This document shows positions 50,401-60,653 of a stretch of 64,000 nt of DNA, piece by piece; position 1 is the stretch's first letter, and each line of letters starts with the position of its first letter. The DNA comes from Amoebophrya sp. A120 (taxonomy: Eukaryota; Protista; Dinoflagellata). A program made the position numbers and the translations under genes. The notes below the pieces were generated by a model. That model searched no databases. It had not been told where the DNA came from and saw only the letters and a list, made by a program, of their open reading frames with translations. The stretch lies in the NCBI GenBank assembly GCA_905178155.1, contig CAJINV010000002.1, positions 10,828,634 to 10,892,633 of the forward strand, in the 5' to 3' direction.

Positions 50401-52090
50401 ATTCACGAAAAGGTTGCGCCCCGCGGGATCGGGAAGCTTTGTGAGGCGAAGGATCGTGCGGAAGTGAAGCCCTGCAAGGTGCAGGAATGTGACTCTCCCT
50501 GCGTGGACGGCTTGTGGTCCGAGTGGACCGAATTTTCACAGTGCTCGAAGTCCTGTGGTGGCGGTTATCGCTTTAGCAGCCGCGAGGTGTTGACCACCCC
50601 AAACTACTGCGGCAAGGGACTCGAAGGACCCAACAGAAGGTACGAGAAGTGCAACGAGCAGGAGTGCGGATTGGAAGCGGTTGACTGCGCCTACGCCGAG
50701 TGGGGCTACTGGTCAGATTGTTCCGCGCCCTGCAACGGAATCCAAGACCGAAGTCGCAGGATCGCAACGAACGCGGCGCACGGCGGAAAACCGTGCGAGG
50801 GCTCGATGAAGGAAATACAAGGATGCAACATCAGTACGGAGTTTATCTTTATGCTGGATGATGTTTTGGATTTGGTATGTTGAAAAGTCTTACCCTTTTG
50901 CTTGTACGTGAAGATGAAATTCAAATTTTCGAGCTCATCTGTTGAACCAACGCTTGCTGCAGGGTTCCTCTTTCAAAAATTTCCACTACGTTTCGGAAAA
51001 AAGTAGACATCAACTTCTGCGCGAATTGATAAATCACGCATACAGATTCCTCCGATTGCAAGGGAGTTCCGGTGGACTGCATCCTTGAGGAGTGGTCGGA
51101 TTATGGCAGCTGCTCCGCCGATTGCGGGGGTGGCGTGCACCGCAGAGAGAGGAGAATTTTACAGAAGCCGCAGAATGGCGGGATGCCCTGTCACGGGTCG
51201 CTCGTGGAAGTGAGCGGGTGCAACGACTGGAAATGCGCAACAACCATCGACTGCGTCTGGGGCTACTGGAGCAGCTGGGGTGCGTGCTCCAAGGAGTGTG
51301 GCGGCGGGACAACCACGAGATTTCGCCACATCGATACCATGCCCAGTGAAGACGGAAAGCCGTGCGATTTGGACGACTCGCTGGAAGTCGAGAGCTGCAA
51401 CAAATACCCCTGCGGAAGCATCCAGTATTGCGTGTGGGGAAGCTGGAGCGGCTGGTATAACTTCACTAGCACAGCAGGCTTCAAGGCTGAATGGGATTAC
51501 ATGAGCCTTTTTTCGTCTCTTGCGTGCCGCTTTTGACATCATCGAACATTTTCCAATGAATTGATAAAGCGTCTCTATTTGCACTCACAGGTCCGATTGT
51601 AGTGCAACATGCGGAACTGCGGAGACGTCAAGATATCGAAATCTCGAGTACAGCAGCTACGAGCCGTGGGACCAGAAGGACATACTAGTCACAGGTTTGC
51701 AGCAGACTGCATTTTTTGCCTGTTTTGCTTCTCTTATCGACGTTTAAGGTGTTGCCACGAAGAAGCATGAGATGTGCGCAAAAAGGAATCGCGGTAAATT
51801 TTGTCCAAACGTATCTCTACTACCGAGGTATCTTGGCCGAGCTCGAAAAGACACTCTCTCCGCCCGGGGCCGAGTACTCGATCAAGCATCTGCTTGGATG
51901 CTTCTTCGCCGGTATGGTTGCCTGTATCGTAGGCTTGGGATTCCTCACCGGGGTTTTTAGGAGAAGACAGAATGACGAGGGCAGTTCATTGTCTCCGTTC
52001 GATTCTTCCACGGCCTCGCCGATGCTGGAGCCAACAGATATACTAACCAGGAACCCTGCACCCGCACCTGAGCCACCAGGTTCGTCGTGA
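47446..52090 (+). CDS. TSR (spondin-type thrombospondin repeat) type I membrane protein, paralogue A, ~1073 aa
   Basis: Exons 47446-47624, 47723-48078, 48217-48588, 48735-49083, 49211-49505, 49671-50018, 50153-50278, 50413-50833, 51046-51454, 51591-51694, 51828-52090 sum to 3222 nt in frame. Hydrophobic N-terminus, 15 complete DCxxxxWSxWSxCSxxCGGGxxxRxR repeats plus two half repeats, TM LLGCFFAGMVACIVGLGFLTGVF, short tail. Confidence 0.88.
49501..49670 (+). mobile_element. Introner-like element forming a non-canonical intron (160 bp, TAT...ATA ends, CCTGC direct repeat)
   Basis: CCTGC at 49501-49505 and 49666-49670. Imperfect terminal inverted repeats (tatccacagcaaatttacc / ggtaaatttttgttgggttgcata). 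Removing 165 nt restores ETRAC-QPDC; retaining it gives an in-frame stop at 49587. No GT/GC-AG register on the + strand. Confidence 0.75.
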
Positions 52091-53591
52091 CCGAACGAAT
52101 TTTTTTGATCTCTCGGAACTTATTCGTGAGAAACCGATTTTCCAGATTTTTTGTTTTACTATGAAATGTGAGATTCATACTGGGTCGGTCCCGATGCGAG
52201 CTTTCAGCAGTAGTTCCGCAGTTTTTAACGAATCCGCTTCGTTTATTCCGCTTTCATATCGTGCTGGTGTCTTTCCACATGATATCTGATAGCATCCCCG
52301 AGGAAACGAAAAACACTTCGCTCGCTTTATTGTCGATAATTTCTCAAACCTAGATACTAACGCGAGTGCGGACCTCCACGAGTACCTAGATGCAAATTTG
52401 TTTCCGGCCTTCGCCTTGGAGGAGGCGCTCATGGAGGAACCACATATCGAGCCCGGCCTGATGCGCTCAAGCTTCTTTCGCGTTTTTTGAAATAGCATCT
52501 CCCAGTTGTTGTATAGTGGACGAGCCGCGGCGCCGTCCCGTTCTCTTAGTAAAAGTGATTTCTAGGCGAGCGCACGAAAATAAATACGAGTCGAAGCTCA
52601 GCAAGAGATTGCTGCACGCAAGCGCCTTTTACATCATAGTTAGAGTGAAGTGTTTTTCTGTTCAAGTGAATGTAGCGGAACTGCAGCCAGGAAAGCTTGC
52701 CTTGGGACGACCGATATTTTATCCTGCATAAATCTCATTTTCAGTCAATGGAACAATGCGATGTCTCTGCTCGTCTAGAAAGAGCTAGACATGCAGGTCG
52801 GCGGCAGAAAGCAAGTAGACTTGCCTGCTGCGCGACCGGGAACTTCTGCGGAAATATTTTTACGTAAAGACAAGCCAGAGACAAGAAAACAGAAAACTTA
52901 TTTGTACGAACTACCATGCGAGTAGTGTTGAGTTTACGTAGAAGTCGAGTTGGACTTGTACGATGCTAAATCTTCCGCCCTGTCATCCCAACGGGAGCTA
53001 GGCGCTGGGCATGCGGAAAGAAACACGGGACATGCAAATTTATCATGCTGCACAGCTGCACCGTGACCGACGGCTAGCGTACCAGATTTCTAGTATACAG
53101 CAAGTCTGGTCCTGGATCTGGTAGTCCAGTAGAAACTGTCGTGTGCGGTCTGATGCGGAAAAAAATCCGCGTGCCTGGTTGACGCGACGTGTTCTCGTTT
53201 TTTTCCCGGAGTGGAAAGGATGCTGTGGCCCATGTTGGTTGAGTTTGACACCACACAAAAAACGAGCGATGCCGGTAGAAGTACCTATGTTTCGCTTGGA
53301 AGAAGGGCAAGGGCCCTATTTGTTTGCAGGTGGAAAAATTTCTTTTGAAGACACTGACGCGAGAAGTGCTGTGTGTGTGCGATGCTATGTCGAGTCGGAC
53401 TGAGTCCACTTCTGAGCAGTCACCGAGTCGCTGTGTAGACGGGCATGGCACGACAGAGGAAAATATTTCCTCAGTGCAAGACGAACATCTTTTTCTAAAA
53501 GCGTTTTCTACCTGGTGGTTGCCCTCTCCCTCATTTACACAGCAAAGAGTCAAAACTGCAGAGCGGACCTTATTGCACCGCTCGAGGAGGG

Positions 53592-56500
53592 ATGCGGGCC
53601 GCAGCAGCAAGCCAGTTGCTGCTCGTGGCGGTACTGCCCGTCAGGCAAGCCAACGCAAAAGACGAGCACTCCTCAAAGCATTCGTCGTCGTCTAAGGAGA
53701 CGCTGAAATGCGAGGGGACGCAGAAGGAGGTATCCGACTGCGGGAACGCTATGTGCGACGGGTGCTACCCAACAGATTGCGTGTGGGGCCAGTGGTCTGA
53801 ATATGGTCCCTGCACCTGTGAAGGGTTGCAAGTAAGTTGTACATTGTTGCTGTTGGTTCATCGTGCTGCAATGAATTACGAAGGCGTAGTTCTTTCCTCG
53901 TAGGTTAACACTGATTGAACGCAAAATTTTCATAGATTCTTGCTATCTCCCGCCCTTTCCATTTGTATCAGGAGCGACACCGCGGCATTGATCAAGAGAA
54001 CAACGAATGCGGAAAGCCGTGCAGCGGCAGCAAGGTAGAGACCGTAACCTGTCACCCGGAGTGCGTGAAGGACCCGGTAGACTGCAAACTGAGTGAGTGG
54101 TCCTACTGGTCAGACTGCGACAAAGAGTGTGACGGCGGGCAGCGCACGCGCACGCGGGAAATCACCACCGAGGAAAAGAACGGCGGAAAACCGTGTAAGG
54201 GTTCCCTGAAAGAGACGAAGGAGTGCAACACGAGACCCTGCCACTCCGCTGCGGACTGCCAGTTGTCCGAGTGGAGCAGTTGGGGCGAGTATTCACTTTT
54301 GCGACCGCTCTAGTTGTTTATTCAGCGAACAAACCACGGGTTGGCAGTACATTCATTCTTCTCCGAAAAATGCGCGGAACTTGCAAAGTGGTGTCCGCGG
54401 CTGCGATTTTAGTTGTCATCATCTCGGTCGTGACTGATGTAGCAGGTCACAGGCGGCGGTTCCAGATGTATGTAAAGAACCAAACAAGCTACTACAACGC
54501 TCAGGTGCTCCAAATCCTGCGGTGGAGGTCAGCAGCAGAAAACGCGAACAATCGAGGTGGCGGCGAAATTCGGTGGCCAGCCCTGCACAGACCCGTTAGT
54601 AGAAATCCAAGGCTGCAACGAGCAGGTTTGCGAGGATCCGGTCGACTGTCAGTGGGGTACAATGAAATATAAATTTCTGATTGCAGTGCTGATTGTGAAT
54701 CTGATCCAAGTTCAGAATGATGTACCAAAATAAGTAGAATAGTCTGTATACTAACTGTGTCTTCATTCGTTCGTATCTATCGGGCGCCCGGCAGTTTTCC
54801 GTGTTGCGATTGCAAACACAGCACGAAAAATCTGAATCCTTTCGCTCAGGTGAGTGGTCCTCTTACTCGGCGTGCAGCAAAACTTGCAACGGCGGTGAGA
54901 AAACACGGTCTAGGCTGATCACGGTCGCACCACGCGCGGGTGGCAAGCTCTGCGACGACAAGAGCATGTCCGAAGTAGCACCGTGCGCTTTGGAAACTTG
55001 CGAGACCCCGGTCGACTGCGAATTATCGGAGTGGTCAGATTGGGACGACTGCTCGTGCTCATGCAATGGTAAAGCGTTTTTGGATCTAGCAATCTGCCAT
55101 GCAAAGAAAGCAAGGCTAAGACAAGCAAACAGTCATGGTCATCTCAAATTGCAATTGCAAAAAGTGTAAGTGGAGGAGGAGATTCTGTTGTGACGACGAA
55201 TCCAATTTTTAGGTATCCACGCACGTGCCCGTTACGTTTCCACGTACCCTTTGAAGGGCGGCAAGCCGTGCGACGGGTCATTGAAAGAGATCAAGAGTTG
55301 CAACGTCGACAACTGCAATATCAAGCCGACCACTCCGGCCCCCTCGGTGGACTGCGCTCTAGGCTCTTGGAGCGACTGGACGTCTTGCTCCGTGACCTGC
55401 GGTGGCGGGGAGCAAACGCGCAACCGAATTGTGTTCACGCAACCGAAATACGGCGGAAAGATCTGCAGCGGTACGAAAACGAATGCGATTTTATTATGCG
55501 AAAAATGTTGAGGTGTTTCTGTTTCCGTTTCGGCTCGTTGAGTGCTTGGAGCATGATGTTACGGCACGGACAGATACGTAGGCACAGCGGTTAAATGCAG
55601 GATCTACAACATCACTCGCCGCTGAGCAGCTTTAGTAGTCTTGTTTCCTCTATCACGTTGTTTACCAATCTTAAGGTGATCTGAAGGAGATTCGAGGGTG
55701 CAACACGGAGGTGTGCGTGAACGAAGACGGACACAAGACCGTGAAGGACTGCGTTTGGAGCGACTGGGACAGCTGGGGCGCGTGCTCTGTTACCTGCGGC
55801 GGGGGGCAGAAGGTGCGCGAGCGCCAGGTGATGACCATGCCGAACAAGTACGGGAGCCAGTGTGCGCCGGACGAGAAGTCCAGTATGGAGATCTCGGCCT
55901 GCAACGTGCAGCCGTGCGTGGCGGTGGACTGTCAGTGGGGCGACTGGAGTGACTGGGGCGCCTGCACTTGCACGGGGCTTATGGAGCGCCACCGATCGAT
56001 CGGCGTGCATCAGCAGGGTGCCGGCAAACTGTGCGAGGGCCCGAAGGTGGAAACCCAGAGGTGCGAGAACCCGGAGTGTGTGAAGGAGCCGCAGGACTGC
56101 GTCCTCTCGGAGTGGGACTCGTGGTCGCAGTGCACCGCAGCGTGCGGCGGGGGCCAGACCTACCGGACCCGGGGCATTCTGAAGGAGGCGAAGAACGGCG
56201 GCAAAACCTGCGAGAACGACGTGATGAAGGAAACCAAGCCGTGCAACGAGGAGGTGTGCGCGCAGCCGATCGATTGCGAAGTGAGCGCGTGGGATATTAA
56301 GAGGAAAAATCCCCCCTCCCCATATCGAAATGGTATGTTTCCGGAAATTTGTGTTGCTGATTTGAGACCTCAAATCACGTCGGTCTTGCAAGAAGGCAAC
56401 TCCACAAGCTCCGCAGCATTGTGCAGGCGGTTTGTGATGCTGATGGGCCTACAACACGGACGTTTCTCATGCTAGACGCCTAGGCCAGAGCCTCTCTACT

Positions 56501-58726
56501 TAGGCTTAGTATGGGGCTGCATTCCTCTCCAGCAAGACAAATCTTATGTGTGTACGCAAATCCTGCATCAGAAGCTTCGTTTTGATATGGGGAGGGGGGA
56601 TTTTTCCTTTTGATATGGGAGCCCTGGAGCAGCTGCTCCGCCACGTGCAACGGCGGCCAGCGGTTCCGCCGCCGCGTCATCGAGCAGCACGCCGCGGCGG
56701 GGGGCAAGTCCTGCGACTACGACCTGGAGGAGGTGGAGGCCTGCGGTACCGAGCCGTGCAAGACCCCGGTGGACTGCGTGTGGGGCAACTGGGAGGGATG
56801 GTCGGACTGCTCCGCCAGCTGCGGTGGCGGACAAAAATCACGCGACCGACATGTGTCCGTCAGTCCCAGGAACGGAGGTAAGCGTGGTTTCTGTGCTGGG
56901 CGCGAGTTTTCAAGTTTACCCCGTCTAGGATCGATTCTTTTGGCCAAGTTGTAGTTGCGGATGAACCAAAACTGCGACAGTGTCGCGATTCCATGTACAA
57001 CGGCTGACTACACAAACAGGAAGCAGTGAGTCGACGTTCATACTCATTCACCCAGTGCAAATCAAAACTAAAAGGTAAACTCTGCGAGGCGAAGTCCAAG
57101 GAGGAGGTTGCGCCCTGCAACACGCACGAGTGTGGTGAGGGCTGCGTCGACGGAGTGTGGGGCGCATGGAGCTATTGGGGCGCCTGCAGTGCCAGCTGCG
57201 GGGAGGGTTACCAGGTGCGCAGCCGGAAGATCGATACGCCGCCGAACCACTGCGGCGCAGAATTGGAAGGGATGAAGCAGGAGTTCCAAAAGTGCAACGA
57301 GCGCGAGTGCAGTGACGAGTCCGTGGATTGCGTGTTCAGCGATTGGACCGCATTCGGCGACTGCACCGACCCTTGCAACGGCATCAAAGACCGCACCCGC
57401 CGGATCACGCAAACCAGCTCCAAGGGCGGCAAGCCCTGCGACGGAGCCACGAAAGAGGTAAGTGTCACAGGCGCTGCGATGGCGGATGAACCTGCTACTT
57501 TCAGATGCAACGAATCAACTGAACACAATATTAAATCAACCGGCCCACGTATGCTTACTCATAATTGTCACTCAAATTATTAAACAAATGCAAAGTCGAT
57601 CCTCGTTCCTATGCAGGTCGAGCCATGCAACATCCCTGGTGACGGAACGACGGACTACGGGGAGAACTGTAAAAACGAGCCAGTCGACTGTGTCCTCGGG
57701 GAGTGGAGCTACTGGAGTGACTGCAGCGCCGAGTGCGAAGGCGGATCCCAGGTTCGTACGCGAGACATTGTCACGAAACCCAAAGGTTCTGGTAAGCCTT
57801 GCGAGGGGTCTCTTGAGCAGGTGCAGGGCTGCAACGCCTTCGTTTGCTCGAACGCCGTGGACTGCGAATGGGGTAAAAAGTCCTCTTCTTTTCGCCTTCT
57901 CGCGGTCGAGCGTGTTGTGGTTGGCTGACCAAATAGAGTCGCAACATATAATCCCTCCGATCTTGCATCTGATCTAGTGTGATTTAGCCACGTAATATTG
58001 TCCTACAGACAGCACTTTGCTTAAGTAAGCGCATAGTCAGCAACAAAACTACCCAGGTGAATGGCAGGGCTGGGGTGCGTGCAGTAAAGCCTGCGGCGGT
58101 GGCGAAAAGTCGCGGTTCAGGCACATCATCACCATGCCGAAGCACTCGGGAAAACCGTGCGACCACAAGAAGTCGGTGGAGGTGGAGCCCTGTAACATGC
58201 AGGTATGCGGCGAGGTGCAGTACTGTGGTTGGGGGGAGTGGTCGGGCTTCTCAGAATGCTCGACCACTTGCGGGCCCGGTCAAATGACAAGGACGAGGTA
58301 CGTTCATGTTTTTTTTCATGCGATAGAAAACCACACTGGCTCTTTGCCCGCTCGAACGGAATTCACAGAAGCGTTTAGAACAAACTACAGCAGCTCTACC
58401 TCAGTGAAAAAGAGTTTGGAAAATTCTATATGCTGAACCAATACAAAAACAGAAAACTTGGTTTGACTACAAGTCAACCGTACGAGGACTCCGATGTCAT
58501 GGTGACTGGCATACTAGCGTCCGTTTTCCAGAGCATAAACACGAACAAGCTCGACCACCTGCTGCTCGTCTTTTTCGCGGGTATGGCCATGAGCATTGCG
58601 CTTCTGGCGCTCGCGTACGCCGGAATCGGGAGGATGAACATTCGGGGTGGCGCTTTGGGGGCTACGGTGCCCGGGGCTGACCACGAACTCTTGGAGCCGC
58701 AGGATAGGGACGAGCCGGTGGAGTAG
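53592..58726 (+). CDS. TSR type I membrane protein, paralogue B, ~1071 aa
   Basis: Exons 53592-53831, 53972-54288, 54505-54656, 54850-55068, 55213-55470, 55676-56294, 56621-56877, 57075-57457, 57617-57872, 58057-58297, 58453-58726 sum to 3216 nt in frame. Signal peptide MRAAAASQLLLVAVLPV; repeat order collinear with paralogue A; TM LLLVFFAGMAMSIALLALAYAGI. Confidence 0.88.
56290..56620 (+). mobile_element. Introner-like MITE forming a non-canonical intron (321 bp, 38-bp TIRs, TGGGA direct repeat)
   Basis: TGGGA at 56290-56294 and 56616-56620. TIR tattaagaggaaaaatcccccctccccatatcgaaatg (56295-56332) matches the reverse complement of 56578-56615 with 4 mismatches. Removing 326 nt restores VSAWEPWSSCSATC. 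Confidence 0.9.
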
Positions 58727-58919
58727 AAACTGTGGCGGGTTCTACTTTCCCCATTCAAAAAATCTTACTTAGTGGTCGCCATGAAACTACTTTACGCATT
58801 TTTTAAGTCACTAAATTTTTTTCGTTCGATAATGCCACGAGAATCAATATGAGTAGTTGACTAGTATGTAGTGAGGTCACCGAACGGTTCTAACCAGGGA
58901 GTTTTCTTGACATATACCC

Positions 58920-59600
58920 TGAAAAACGACCGGCAGTTTTCAAGCGGTCGGAAGCGTTTTTTGACATAAATAAATTTCAATTATCAAGCGGCTCTGGCTG
59001 TGTCGGCACCGAATCGCCAGCGGATTCTATCGATCGCCGCTTGATAAAACGACGCAGAGAAACCAGCAAAAGGGGCGTCCTTCTGAGGCGCCCACCGCCT
59101 TAGTGTCTGGCGGTTTGGGGCGCCCAAAAAGGAGCGGGAAAAAAACGCGCCCAAAATCAGAACAGCGAAACAGCATGGCACGGCCGCGATTCCGGAGCAT
59201 TTTGGGCGGCCGCGAAAGCGGCCGCATTTTCGCCGGTTACAGAGCCTGGGAAGGTTTGCAAAAAGCGCAGGCTAGAAAAATAAAAACGCAAAAAAGCAAA
59301 AGCGCGCCAGACGCGCCAAGCCGATCCGCATGCTATGGGCCCGATTTTTCTTCGCTTTTTGGGCGCCCCCCGCGGCACTCGGATCGGCCCCATAGCATGG
59401 GAGCTAGCTTTCGGAAAGGAATGTCGGGAATTTGGATTTGCCAAAATTTGCGACGTTTACCAAGCGGCCGCCATACCGTGCGGCCTAACGTTACTCGTGG
59501 CGGTATGGCGAGCCCAGAAAAAGCAAAGCCGCGGCCAAGGCGACGGCCGGCAAGAAAACGCCCACGACCTCACTACCTCCGCCCCGGCGGCTATATTTGG
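58920..59600. repeat. GC-rich intergenic segment with multiple nested inverted repeats; possible non-autonomous mobile element or structured RNA
   Basis: IR pairs 58981-58992/59036-59047, 59118-59131/59355-59368, 59329-59345/59383-59399 (1 mismatch), 59469-59478/59501-59510, and a gcggccgc-gaaa-gcggccgc hairpin near 59206-59226. Confidence 0.6.
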
Positions 59601-59746
59601 TACAAGAGTCAACGAGTAGAAGTAGAACTAAAAAGAAACCAAATGAGTCACACGGGAAATAATTTCGGAAGTAGAAACCCGGCATTGCAAAACCAGTAAA
59701 ATAGTATCGGAAAACAAAATTGAGGAATGATAGGCGGATACGCGGT

Positions 59747-59810
59747 TGCTGCATGTGAATGAGCACTCACTGGAGACGTGCTGCATGTGAATGAGCACTC
59801 ACTGGAGACG
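59747..59810. repeat. Exact 32-bp tandem duplication
   Basis: tgctgcatgtgaatgagcactcactggagacg at 59747-59778 and 59779-59810. Confidence 0.95.
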
Positions 59811-60653
59811 AGTGCATTCGTGTGCTGACCGCATCTGAACAAATCAGGATAATGCTAGTATACGTAGACGACCAAAACGCTGTGAGGAGCACACGCCGAC
59901 GAATGCATGTTGCAGGAAGAAAGCAATAGAAACATCAGGGCGAATGGCAACTACAGACGTCAGCGGTGCGACTATTCTTTGCTGTTGCATTTCACCCGTG
60001 CACAACCTCCGTAGAACAATACTTCGTCTGAACAAGTATTTCCAGCTGCCGAGGTTTTCCTGCTTGATCGAACGGAAATTTCTTTTGCTGAGGTGGCTGG
60101 AAAACTAATCTTCCTCCATACCTCGTTGATGATGTAAGCAGGCTTCATCCACCACCCCCTCCCTTGTAGTGATACTGACTACTTTTACTCTTTTCACGAC
60201 CACCTGCCTTGCTTGCCTCCGAGCGAATTTTCCACCCGAAACAGAAACACGGACTCGATAGAAGAAAGCATGAAAAAAAAGAAAGCCTCAAATCATAAAT
60301 CCTCACCTGAATCGTTTCTCGTGCAGGAGGAGTGGGGGTAATGACACACCGCCTGCAAAAAAGAAACCGTGACACTACGCTATCCACAAGCGGGCACGGG
60401 GTGTTGTACTTCGGGCGACGGTGAGGAGAGGTTGAAGAAGTTGACAGATCGCCTACTCATGAGGAGACAGCAGGCGGGGTTTTTTTCTCTGTGATTCACG
60501 AGACCTGCACCGGCCGTGGTTTCTGCTCGTTGAGAGAGTTGAGAAGATGCAGATTGTGCGAGAGGCACGACCTACTTCGCGCGCAGTACGCGTAGTACGC
60601 CATATAGATGTTCTGATTATGAAGCAAGTATGAGGAGGCACGCATAGCTTAAT

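Noticed and set aside
59103-59699. 198-aa Arg/Lys-rich ORF
   Set aside because: Falls within the inverted-repeat island, has a non-ATG start and no domain; likely spurious.
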